A stretch of DNA of 64,000 nt, taken from contig JAJDYU010000009.1 in NCBI GenBank assembly GCA_022825005.1, forward strand, positions 20,227 to 84,226. The letters run 5' to 3'. Positions 1 through 8,340 of this stretch are shown here, piece after piece (within the stretch, counting starts at the first letter, position 1; each line of letters opens with the position of its first letter). Source of the DNA: Acidimicrobiia bacterium. GTDB lineage: Bacteria; Actinomycetota; Acidimicrobiia; Acidimicrobiales; Bin134. The translations under genes and the position numbers were made by a program. The notes beneath the pieces are model-generated. The model had not been told where the DNA came from and did no database searches. It saw only the letters and a program-made list of their open reading frames with translations.

Positions 1-1523
1 GGGGAAACAACAACCACGGCCAAATCGAAGTCCCGCCCGGCCGATACACCGCAGTGAGCGCCGGCGACACCCATACGTGCGGGTTGCGCACCGACCAGAC
101 CATCAATTGCTGGGGCTCCGACGGCTACGGGCAGGCCGCCGCCGGCGAAGGCCAATACTCCGCCGTCGCCGCCGACGGGAACTTCTCGTGCGGGTTGCGC
201 ACCGACCAGACCATCGAGTGCTGGGGAAACAACTTCGTCGGCCAGTCCAACCCGCCCTCGGGTCGGTTTGGGGCCATCTCCATCGGCCGCTTGCATGGTT
301 GCGGGCTGCGCACCGACCAGACCATCGAATGCTGGGGCTACAACGGCAACGGTGAAGCCAACCCGCCCCCCGGCGCATTTGCCGGCATCGACGTCGGCCG
401 TTCCCACACATGCGGGGTGCGAACCGACCGAACCGTGGAGTGCTGGGGATGGAACAGCTTCGGGCGCACCGAGGCCCCCGAAGGCCAGTTCATTGCCGTA
501 ACCGCCGGCAACCTGCACAGTTGCGCCCTGCGCGTCGACCACACGGCGCAGTGCTGGGGAGACAACCATCATGGACAGTCCGCCGCTCCGACAGGGCAGT
601 TTGCGAGCGTCGCCGCGGGAACCGATCGCACCTGCGGGGTGCGAACCGACCAATCCATCGAATGCTGGGGCCATGGCGCCGACGCCGCGCCCGTCACCCG
701 GGAGGGACAATTCGAGGCGATAGCCGCGGGACCGTGGCACTCGTGCGGGGTGCGAACCGACCGATCCATCGAATGCTGGGGGTCCGCCCTGGATAGCCGG
801 ACATCACCTCCCCCAGGGCGATTCACCTCGATTGCGGCGGGAAGCGGGCACTCGTGCGCCATACGGTCGAATCTCACCGTTGTCTGCTGGGGGCACAGCG
901 CCGCGGGAGCCATCGATGCGCCCAGGGAGACCATCGCGAATTCGTTCCTGGAGGTTGCGGGGGGCTTCGCTCACTCCTGCGGGTTGCGGTATGCCCGCAA
1001 CATCATGTGCTGGGGCGACAACAGCCACGGCCAAGCCGACCCGCCCGAAGGCAGATACCTCCACCTCGCCGCCGGCGGGCTCCACTCGTGCGCGGTGACC
1101 ACCGATGACACCCTGGGGTGCTGGGGCCAAAACAGCCACGGCCAAACCGACGCCCCCGAAGGCGACTACTCGGCCATCGCCGCCGGCGATCGCCATTCGT
1201 GCGGGCTGCGAACCGACAACTCCATTGTGTGCTGGGGCGACAACAGCCACGGCCAAGCCGACGCTCCCGAGCTTCGGTTCAGCGCGGTCACCGCCGGCGC
1301 CGCCCATTCCTGCGGGGTGAAGGCCAACCGGACGGTTGTCTGCTGGGGCGACAACTCCAACGGACAGGCCGATGCGCCCGACGGCCGGTTCACCGACGTG
1401 TCGGCCGGAATGTGGCACACCTGTGGACTGCGGTCCGACAAGACCGTCACCTGCTGGGGCAGCCTCGCCCAGGTGTTTGAGTCGCCCGGCGAGCAGGAGA
1501 CGGACCCAGCAGAAGAGGGCTGA
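1..1523 (+). CDS. RCC1-like (RCC1_2-type) beta-propeller repeat protein, 5' end outside window
   Basis: ORF 54..1523, but the frame stays open to nt 3 (GNNNHGQIEVPPGRYTAV continues the repeat). 13 copies of a ~37-aa unit: H-x-CG[LV]RTD-x-[ST][IV]-x-CWG-x-N-x-x-GQ-x-x-x-P-x-G. Confidence 0.75.
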   Translation, partial: GNNNHGQIEVPPGRYTAVSAGDTHTCGLRTDQTINCWGSDGYGQAAAGEGQYSAVAADGNFSCGLRTDQTIECWGNNFVGQSNPPSGRFGAISIGRLHGCGLRTDQTIECWGYNGNGEANPPPGAFAGIDVGRSHTCGVRTDRTVECWGWNSFGRTEAPEGQFIAVTAGNLHSCALRVDHTAQCWGDNHHGQSAAPTGQFASVAAGTDRTCGVRTDQSIECWGHGADAAPVTREGQFEAIAAGPWHSCGVRTDRSIECWGSALDSRTSPPPGRFTSIAAGSGHSCAIRSNLTVVCWGHSAAGAIDAPRETIANSFLEVAGGFAHSCGLRYARNIMCWGDNSHGQADPPEGRYLHLAAGGLHSCAVTTDDTLGCWGQNSHGQTDAPEGDYSAIAAGDRHSCGLRTDNSIVCWGDNSHGQADAPELRFSAVTAGAAHSCGVKANRTVVCWGDNSNGQADAPDGRFTDVSAGMWHTCGLRSDKTVTCWGSLAQVFESPGEQETDPAEEG

Positions 1524-1529
1524 GGCAGA

Positions 1530-2171
1530 TCAGCCGCCCGCCGACGGGCAGAACGAGGCCAGCACGCACTCGTGGCAGCGGGGGCGGCGGGCAATGCACA
1601 CCCGGCGGCCGTGGAGGATGAGCCGCAGAGAGAACTCGCCCCGCTCAGCCGCGGGCACCATGGGGTTGAGCTCCATCTCGATCTTGACCGGGTCTTTGTG
1701 CTCTGTGATGCCCAATAGGCCGGTGATGCGGGCCACATGGGTGTCCACCGGCAGGCCGGGCAGGCCCAGGGCCACGCTGCGCACCACGTTGGCGGTCTTG
1801 CGGCCCACCCCCGGCAGGCTCACCAAGTCGGACATCTTGCCCGGAACCTGGCCGTCATAGTGGTTCACCAGGTCTTGGGCCATCCCCACGATGTTGCGGG
1901 CCTTGGTGGCGAAGAACCCGGTGGAGCGGACCAACTCCTCAACGTGGGCCAGCGGCGCCTCGGCCAACTTCTCTGGCGTGGGATAGGCGGCGAACAGATC
2001 GGGGGTGACCATGTTCACCCGCTTGTCGGTGCACTGGGCCGACAAGATGGTGGCCACCAGCAGCTGGAACGGGCTCTCGTGGTCCAGCTCGCACACCGCC
2101 TCTGGGTACTCCTCGGCCAGCAGCTCGTGCGTCCGTTTGGCTCTGCCCTTGGGGGTACGCGGCCTCGCCAT
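1530..2171 (-). CDS. nth: endonuclease III (DNA-(apurinic/apyrimidinic site) lyase)
   Basis: From ATG 2171: MARPRTPKGRAKRTHELLAEEYPEAVCEL. HhH-GPD motif LPGVGRKTANVV. C-terminal 4Fe-4S ligands C-x6-C-x2-C-x5-C (CIARRPRCHECVLASFC). The upstream 72 codons of the track ORF overlap mshD and look non-coding. Confidence 0.9.
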   Translation of the reverse strand: MARPRTPKGRAKRTHELLAEEYPEAVCELDHESPFQLLVATILSAQCTDKRVNMVTPDLFAAYPTPEKLAEAPLAHVEELVRSTGFFATKARNIVGMAQDLVNHYDGQVPGKMSDLVSLPGVGRKTANVVRSVALGLPGLPVDTHVARITGLLGITEHKDPVKIEMELNPMVPAAERGEFSLRLILHGRRVCIARRPRCHECVLASFCPSAGG

Positions 2172-2178
2172 CGACCGG

Positions 2179-2925
2179 ATGGTAGCGACCCGAGCATCCA
2201 CCGACGGGACCGCTACCGTGGATTGTGTGACGCTGAACGTTGTCCGACTCGACCAAGGAGAGTTCGCCTGGTCGATCACCGCGGATCCCGACCACCCCCG
2301 AGACGAGGCCGCCGCCGGCCAGATCCAGGCGACGCTTGCCGACGCGGAAACCGGCACTTCGATACAGCTATGGCTCGAGCGGACCACCGACGGCGACGAC
2401 GCGTTCGCCGCTGATTTGGGATTTCAGCCGTATCGGGACCTGTGGCGCATGCAGCGACCGTTGCCCACCGACCGCTCCACCATCGCCACCAGGGGTTTCG
2501 TTCCCGGCACCGACGACTCCGAGTTCATTCGGGTCAACAACCGGGCCTTCCACTGGCATCCCGAACAAGGGGGCATGACGTCGGCCGAGCTGGCCGACCG
2601 CATGGCCGAAAACTGGTTCGACGCCGAGGGGTTCCGGCTCCACGAGCGAGATGGCCGTTTGGCCGGCTTCTGCTGGACCAAGGTCCACCCCGACGAGAAC
2701 CCTCCGGGAGGCGAGATCTACGCCATCGCGGTGGACCCCGATTTCCACGGCCAAGGACTGGGCAAACCCATGACCCTGGCCGGGCTGGACCACCTGTCCG
2801 ACCAGGGCCTGACGGTGGGCTTCCTATATGTGGAGTCGGACAACCATCCCGCGGTGGCCACCTATCGCAGCCTGGGCTTCGACCACCACTCCACCAATCG
2901 GGCTTATCGGCTCACCGTGCAATGA
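2179..2925 (+). CDS. mshD: mycothiol synthase (acetyl-CoA:Cys-GlcN-Ins acetyltransferase), GNAT
   Basis: Blocks [27 protein letters not shown] and [20 protein letters not shown] match remembered M. tuberculosis MshD blocks ([47 protein letters not shown]). Start uncertain (ATG 2179 or GTG 2218). The N-terminal GNAT half is short. Confidence 0.8.
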   Translation: [248 protein letters not shown]

Positions 2926-3031
2926 GCTCCGACTCCGCTCTCCCCCAGGGACAGGACAATGAGCTCTAGCACCCCGCTCCCCCAGGGACAGGACAATGAG
3001 CTCTAGCATCCCGCTCCCCCAGGGTCAGGAC
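2921..3031. repeat. 37-bp tandem direct repeat x3 spanning the mshD stop and menG start
   Basis: Units 2921-2957, 2958-2994 and 2995-3031. Units 2 and 3 differ at 2 of 37 positions; unit 1 is more diverged. Each unit carries AATGAGCTC...CCCCCAGGG(A/T)CAGGAC, including an ATG. Confidence 0.9.
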
Positions 3032-3712
3032 AAGGTGGCCGCGGTGCGGTCGATGTTCGACGCCATCGCCCCTCGCTACGACATGCTCAACCGGCTCTTG
3101 ACCTTCGGAATGGACTGCCGGTGGCGCAGGCGGGCGGTGCGGGAGCTGCGGCTGCCACCTCAGTCCCGGGTGCTGGATCTGGCCTGCGGCACCGGTGATC
3201 TGTGCCGGGTACTGGAGGCCGCCAAGTACCGCGCCGTGGGCTTCGACCTCTCGGCCGGCATGCTCCGGGCAGCCCAGAAGTACCGGGACTCGGGCAAGCT
3301 GAGCTCCCCGATGGTGCTGGGCGACGCCCTGTGCCTTCCCGTGCCGCCGGAGAGCGCCGATGGCGTCACCTGCGGGTTCGCCCTGCGCAATGTGGTTGAC
3401 CTCGACGGGCTGTTCGCCGAGCTGGCCCGGGTGGTTCGCACGGGAGGGCGGATCTCGCTGCTGGAGGTGGCCGAGCCGCCCAACCCGGTCTTGCGACTCG
3501 GCCACAGCGTGTACTTCGGCAAGGTGATCCCGTTGATCGGCGGATTGCTGTCGGACCGCACGGCCTATGAGTACCTGCCCAAATCGGTGGCCTACATGCC
3601 CCCCACCGAGGAGATGCTCGACCTGTTGGCCCGGCGCGGGTTCGAAGCGGTAGTCCATTTGCCGCTGTCGGGGGGCATAGCCCAGCTGGTCACCGCCACC
3701 CGAGAGCGCTAG
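2996..3712 (+). CDS. menG: demethylmenaquinone methyltransferase (UbiE/MenG family)
   Basis: KVAAVRSMFDAIAPRYDMLNRLLTFG and SAM motif VLDLACGTGDL are typical of UbiE/MenG. menA lies nearby. Confidence 0.85.
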   Translation: MSSSIPLPQGQDKVAAVRSMFDAIAPRYDMLNRLLTFGMDCRWRRRAVRELRLPPQSRVLDLACGTGDLCRVLEAAKYRAVGFDLSAGMLRAAQKYRDSGKLSSPMVLGDALCLPVPPESADGVTCGFALRNVVDLDGLFAELARVVRTGGRISLLEVAEPPNPVLRLGHSVYFGKVIPLIGGLLSDRTAYEYLPKSVAYMPPTEEMLDLLARRGFEAVVHLPLSGGIAQLVTATRER

Positions 3713-3725
3713 CCCCACACCGCCG

Positions 3726-5273
3726 ATGTCCCTGCTGGCTCAGCACATACCCGCCGACGACCCCGACCAGATGGCGCTGACCGATCAGCAGACCACCCTG
3801 GGCTGGGCCGAGCTCGACACGGTGATGAACCGGGCGGTCAACCTGCTCCACACCCTTGACCTGGGCCCCGAGCGGCGGCTGGCGGTGTTCGCTGAGAATT
3901 CGGCGGAGACGGTGGTGGCCTATGTGGCCGCCGCTTTGGCGGGGGTGTCGGCCGTGCCGGTGAACTTCCACCTCACCGCAGACGAGCTGGCCTACATCCT
4001 GGAGGACTCGGCCTCGGCCCTGGTGCTGGTGGGCCCGGAAACCGCCCAGCGAAGCATAGAGGCCGCCCAGGCGGTGTCGAGCACTCCCGGGGGGTTGCCC
4101 GTCGCGGTGATGGGATGGCGCTGCTCTGATCGCCCCGATGTGGGCTCATGGGAGCAGGGCCTGGCCCAAGCCGCCGCCGATCCCCCGCCCACCGACATCG
4201 CCCCGGTGCCCCACTTGTTCTACACCTCGGGCACCACCGGCCGGCCCAAGGGGGTGGACGCCCCTCCGGCCCTGTTCGGGGGAGGGGAAACGGTGGATGA
4301 GTACTTCGCCACCTGCGCCACCCCCAACGCGGCCCTCGGCACCCATCTGGTGGTGGGACCGATGTACCACGCCGGGCCGTTCTCGGCCACCCGCAACCTC
4401 ATGGGCGGCGCCCAGGTTGTGGTGATGGGCCGCTTCGACGCCGAGGCCACCCTGGCGGCCATCGACCGCTATCGGGTGAACGCCGTGTTCATGGTGCCCA
4501 CCCACTTCAGCCGCCTGCTGGCCCTGCCCGCAGAGGTGAGGGAGAAGTACCGCACCGACAGCCTGGTGGCGGTGACCCACAGCGGCGCGCCCTGCCCGGT
4601 ATCGGTGAAGCGAGCTGTGATCGACTGGCTCGGACCCATCGTCTCGGAGGGGTACGGCTCCACCGAGGTGGGCGGGTCGTGCCACATCAACTCCGATGAC
4701 TGGCTGGCCCACCCCGGCTCGGTGGGCCGCCCGGTTCCCCCCTTCGAGGTGCTCATCGTTGACGAAAGCGGCAACGAGCTGCCGCCGGGCCGGGAGGGGC
4801 GGGTGTACTTCAACGACACCAGCGGGCGGGGCATCAGCTATCGCAACGCCCCCGAGAAGACAGCAGCCGCCCATCTGCGGCCAGGGGTGTTCACCCTGGG
4901 CGAGATCGGCTATGTGGACGAAGACGGGTTCCTGTACCTCACCGACCGCTTCTCCGACATGGTGGTGTCGGGCGGGGTGAACATCTACCCCGCCGAGACC
5001 GAGCAGGTGCTGGTGGACCATCCCGGCGTGGCCGACGCAGCCTGCATCGGCGTGCCCGACGAGGAGATGGGCGAGCAGCTAAAAGCCCTGGTGGTGCCCG
5101 CCGACCCGGCCCATCCGCCCTCAGAAGCCGAGATAATCCCCTTTTGCCGCCACCGCATCGCCCACTTCAAGTGCCCCCGATCGGTTGAGATCATCAGCGA
5201 GCAGCGCCTGGGCCGAACCGCCATGGGCAAGATCAACAAGCAGGCTCTGCGCGCCCCCTTCTGGAAGGGCTAG
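3726..5273 (+). CDS. AMP-dependent acyl-CoA synthetase/ligase
   Basis: AMP-binding signature YTSGTTGRPKG, GYGSTE, and C-terminal GKINK. 515 aa. Confidence 0.8.
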   Translation: MSLLAQHIPADDPDQMALTDQQTTLGWAELDTVMNRAVNLLHTLDLGPERRLAVFAENSAETVVAYVAAALAGVSAVPVNFHLTADELAYILEDSASALVLVGPETAQRSIEAAQAVSSTPGGLPVAVMGWRCSDRPDVGSWEQGLAQAAADPPPTDIAPVPHLFYTSGTTGRPKGVDAPPALFGGGETVDEYFATCATPNAALGTHLVVGPMYHAGPFSATRNLMGGAQVVVMGRFDAEATLAAIDRYRVNAVFMVPTHFSRLLALPAEVREKYRTDSLVAVTHSGAPCPVSVKRAVIDWLGPIVSEGYGSTEVGGSCHINSDDWLAHPGSVGRPVPPFEVLIVDESGNELPPGREGRVYFNDTSGRGISYRNAPEKTAAAHLRPGVFTLGEIGYVDEDGFLYLTDRFSDMVVSGGVNIYPAETEQVLVDHPGVADAACIGVPDEEMGEQLKALVVPADPAHPPSEAEIIPFCRHRIAHFKCPRSVEIISEQRLGRTAMGKINKQALRAPFWKG

Positions 5274-5306
5274 ACGAATAAGGGGCGCAAGGCGCAGCGA
5301 GAACGG

Positions 5307-6158
5307 CTAGGCCGAGACGGCCAGAGCGATTGTGAGCAGCGCCCCGAAGAGCAGGTGCAGGCGAGCGGTGTGGTTGAGCAGGGGGGCTTTGGGCCCCGAA
5401 GACAGCGCTATCTGAAGGGCGGGAATGGCCAGAACGAGGGAAGCCAGCGTCAGCGGTGCCCACGGAATGGTCACCGACATGATGAGGCCCACCGCCAGGG
5501 CGGCCTCCACCAGCGCGATGTAGAACAAGGCGGCCCGCCGGTCACCCAGCCGAACCGCCAGGGTCCGTTTGCCCGCGGCCTGGTCTTGGACGATGTCCCG
5601 CAGGTTGTTGGCCACCAACAGCGCCGAGGCCAAAAGACCCACCGGCACGGCGGCCACAACAGCCAGCCCGGTGAGCTCCTCGGTCTGCACGAAGGCCGTG
5701 CCCGCGGTGGCCACCAGCCCGAAGAACACGAACACGAACACCTCGCCGAGCCCGGCGTAGCCGTAGGGCCGCCGCCCACCGGTGTAGTACCAACCGGCGA
5801 TCATGCAGGCCAGCCCCACCGCCACCAGCCACAGCGCCACCGCAATGGCCAGGATCAGCCCGGCCACCGCCGCCACTGCGAAGGCGCCGAACGCCGCCCG
5901 CCGCACCGAAGCCGGCGCTACCGCCCCGCCGCCCACGAGGCGGGCCGGGCCCACCCGGTTGGCGTCGGTGCCCCGCACCCCGTCGGAGTAGTCGTTGGCG
6001 TAGTTCACCCCCACCTGGAGGGCCAGAGCCACCACCAGCGCCACCGCGGCGCGCCACCACACCACATCGGGAGCGGCCGCCGCGGTGCCCACCGCCACCG
6101 GCACCAACGCGGCGGGAAGGGTTCGGGGCCGGGCCCCTTGAATCCAAAGCCGAATCAT
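5307..6158 (-). CDS. menA: 1,4-dihydroxy-2-naphthoate polyprenyltransferase (UbiA family)
   Basis: Polytopic membrane protein. N-terminus MIRLWIQGARPRTLPAALVPVAVG and motif NDYSDGVRGTD are typical of MenA. Start chosen at ATG 6158 (M28 of the track ORF). Confidence 0.85.
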   Translation of the reverse strand: MIRLWIQGARPRTLPAALVPVAVGTAAAAPDVVWWRAAVALVVALALQVGVNYANDYSDGVRGTDANRVGPARLVGGGAVAPASVRRAAFGAFAVAAVAGLILAIAVALWLVAVGLACMIAGWYYTGGRRPYGYAGLGEVFVFVFFGLVATAGTAFVQTEELTGLAVVAAVPVGLLASALLVANNLRDIVQDQAAGKRTLAVRLGDRRAALFYIALVEAALAVGLIMSVTIPWAPLTLASLVLAIPALQIALSSGPKAPLLNHTARLHLLFGALLTIALAVSA

Positions 6159-6237
6159 CGGCCCAAGTCTTGCCCATGGCCGAAGTTCGTTAGTGTCCAA
6201 GCCATGAGACCGGCAAAGACGTGACGGCGGCGAAACC

Positions 6238-8232
6238 ATGAACCGACTCGGGGCCGAGACCAGCCCCTACCTCCGCCAGCACGCCGACAACCCGGTGGAC
6301 TGGTACCCGTGGGGCACCGAGGCCTTCGCCGCCGCCCAGGCCGCCGACAAGCCCATCTTGTTGTCGGTGGGCTATTCGGCCTGCCACTGGTGCCACGTGA
6401 TGGCCCACGAGTCGTTCGAAGACCCCGCCACGGCCAAGGTCATGAACGAGCTGTTCGTGAACGTGAAGGTGGACCGCGAAGAGCGCCCCGATGTGGACAC
6501 CATCTACATGGAGGCCGTCCAATCCCTCACCGGCCGGGGCGGCTGGCCCATGACGGTGTTCATGACCCCCGACGGCCGCCCGTTCCACGGCGGCACCTAC
6601 TACCCCAGGGAGAGCCGGGGCCAGATGCCGTCGTTCACCGAGATCATGCACCGCATCCAAGACGTGTGGGTCAACCGCCGCGACGACGTCCACACCCAGG
6701 CCGACCAGCTCACCCAGTCGCTGAACCGCACCGCGCTGATCCAGCCCGACCCCCAGCGGGCGCCCGCCGGAACCGGCTCAGAAGCCCTCAGCCAGGCCAC
6801 CGCCGCCCTGCGCCAGCAGTACGACGCCGCCTGGGGGGGCTTCGGCGGCGCGCCCAAGTTCCCCCAGACCATGAGCCAGGAGGTGCTGCTGCGCTCCTAC
6901 CTCCACAGCGGCGACCAAGACGTGCTCAACATGGTGATCAACTCGCTGGACGCCATGGCCTCGGGCGGCATCTACGACCATCTGGGCGGCGGATTCAGCC
7001 GCTACTCGGTGGACGCCCAGTGGATCGTGCCCCACTTCGAGAAGATGCTGTACGACAACGCCCTGTTCGCCCGGCTGTACCTGCACGCCTGGCAGGTGAC
7101 CAGCCGGCCCCGCTTCCGCCAGGTTGTGGACGAGACCATCGGCTTCGTGCTGCGAGACCTGCGCCACGACAGCGGCGGCTTCTTCTCGGCCCTCGACGCC
7201 GACTCCGAGGGCGAGGAGGGTCGGTTCTACGTGTGGACCCCCGATCAGATCACCTCGGTGCTGGGCGACGACGCGGCCGAGTTCATGGCCTGGTACGGGG
7301 TGACCGAGGCGGGCAACTTCGAGGGCCACAACATCTTGTGGCGCACGGTGCGGGGCGACCTCTTGCGACCGGCCAACGTGGAGCTGAGCCGGGAGCGGCT
7401 GCTTTCGGCCCGCAACATGCGCATACCGCCGGGGTTGGACGACAAGGTGCTGCTGGAGTGGAACGGCCTCATGCTGGCCGCTTTGGCCGAAGCGGCCGCG
7501 GCCACCGGAAACCAGCAGTGGATGGAGGCCGCCATCAAGAACGGCGGGTTCCTGCTCGACCGATTGCGCCGCCCCGACGGCCGCTGGCTGCGCTCCTGGC
7601 AGGCGGGCGACGGCGACCGGCCGGCCCAGGCCCGCCACCTGGCCTACGCCGCCGACTACGCCGCGATCGCCGACGCCTTCACCCGCCTGGGCGAGGCCTC
7701 CGGCCAGGCCCGGTGGATCGAAGAGGCCGTCCAGACCGCCGACGGGCTGCTGGAGCTGTTCTGGGACCACGAGCGGGGTGGCGTGTTCACCACCGGATCA
7801 GACGCCGAGGAGCTGATCTGTCGGCCCAAGGAGATCACCGACAACGCCGTGCCCTCGGCCAACAGCGCCGCCGCGGTGGCCCTTTTGCGCTTGGGCACCC
7901 TCACCGGCCAAGCCCACTATCTCGACCGGGCCCAGGACATCTTGGCCCTGCTGGGCGAGGTGGCCGCCAACCACCCCAGTGGCTTCGGCCACCTGCTGGA
8001 GGCGGTGGACATGAACGCCACCGGCCTTACCGAGGTGGTTATCGGAGGCGACCGCGCCGACCTGGTGGATACCGTGCGGGAAAGTTACCGCCCCAACACC
8101 GTTCTGGCCTGGGGAGAGCCCTACGACTCCCCCCTCTGGGAGGGCCGCACCGACGGCCTGGCCTACGTGTGCCGCAACTACACCTGCGAGGCCCCCGCCG
8201 ACAGCAAAGAAGACCTGCTGGCGCGGTTGTAG
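6238..8232 (+). CDS. thioredoxin-domain protein, DUF255/YyaL family (thioredoxin fold + six-hairpin glycosidase-like domain)
   Basis: [22 protein letters not shown]...[18 protein letters not shown]...[12 protein letters not shown] is the characteristic DUF255 N-terminus. 664 aa. Confidence 0.85.
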   Translation: MNRLGAETSPYLRQHADNPVDWYPWGTEAFAAAQAADKPILLSVGYSACHWCHVMAHESFEDPATAKVMNELFVNVKVDREERPDVDTIYMEAVQSLTGRGGWPMTVFMTPDGRPFHGGTYYPRESRGQMPSFTEIMHRIQDVWVNRRDDVHTQADQLTQSLNRTALIQPDPQRAPAGTGSEALSQATAALRQQYDAAWGGFGGAPKFPQTMSQEVLLRSYLHSGDQDVLNMVINSLDAMASGGIYDHLGGGFSRYSVDAQWIVPHFEKMLYDNALFARLYLHAWQVTSRPRFRQVVDETIGFVLRDLRHDSGGFFSALDADSEGEEGRFYVWTPDQITSVLGDDAAEFMAWYGVTEAGNFEGHNILWRTVRGDLLRPANVELSRERLLSARNMRIPPGLDDKVLLEWNGLMLAALAEAAAATGNQQWMEAAIKNGGFLLDRLRRPDGRWLRSWQAGDGDRPAQARHLAYAADYAAIADAFTRLGEASGQARWIEEAVQTADGLLELFWDHERGGVFTTGSDAEELICRPKEITDNAVPSANSAAAVALLRLGTLTGQAHYLDRAQDILALLGEVAANHPSGFGHLLEAVDMNATGLTEVVIGGDRADLVDTVRESYRPNTVLAWGEPYDSPLWEGRTDGLAYVCRNYTCEAPADSKEDLLARL

Positions 8233-8340
8233 GGAAAATGCGCTGTATAGGGCTAGGGGTTCACCAGATACCTACCGACCTGGGATAAACTTCGGCACCG
8301 CGTATTTATTGGCGCGCCAATTCTGAATTTGGAGGGCAGC

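Noticed and set aside
2921-3031. The 37-bp x3 repeat as a possible mini-CRISPR array
   Set aside because: The units are directly tandem with no spacers, and they are derived from the menG 5' end. No cas genes are present.
3726-5273. Calling the acyl-CoA synthetase MenE (o-succinylbenzoate-CoA ligase) because it lies between menG and menA
   Set aside because: 515 aa is much longer than the actinobacterial MenE proteins I recall (~360-400 aa). Only generic AMP-binding motifs are visible, so it is kept as a generic ligase.
6309-8288. 659-aa ORF overlapping the DUF255 gene in another frame
   Set aside because: Arg/Pro/Gly-dominated translation typical of off-frame reading in high-G+C DNA. The in-frame DUF255 product has clear family motifs.
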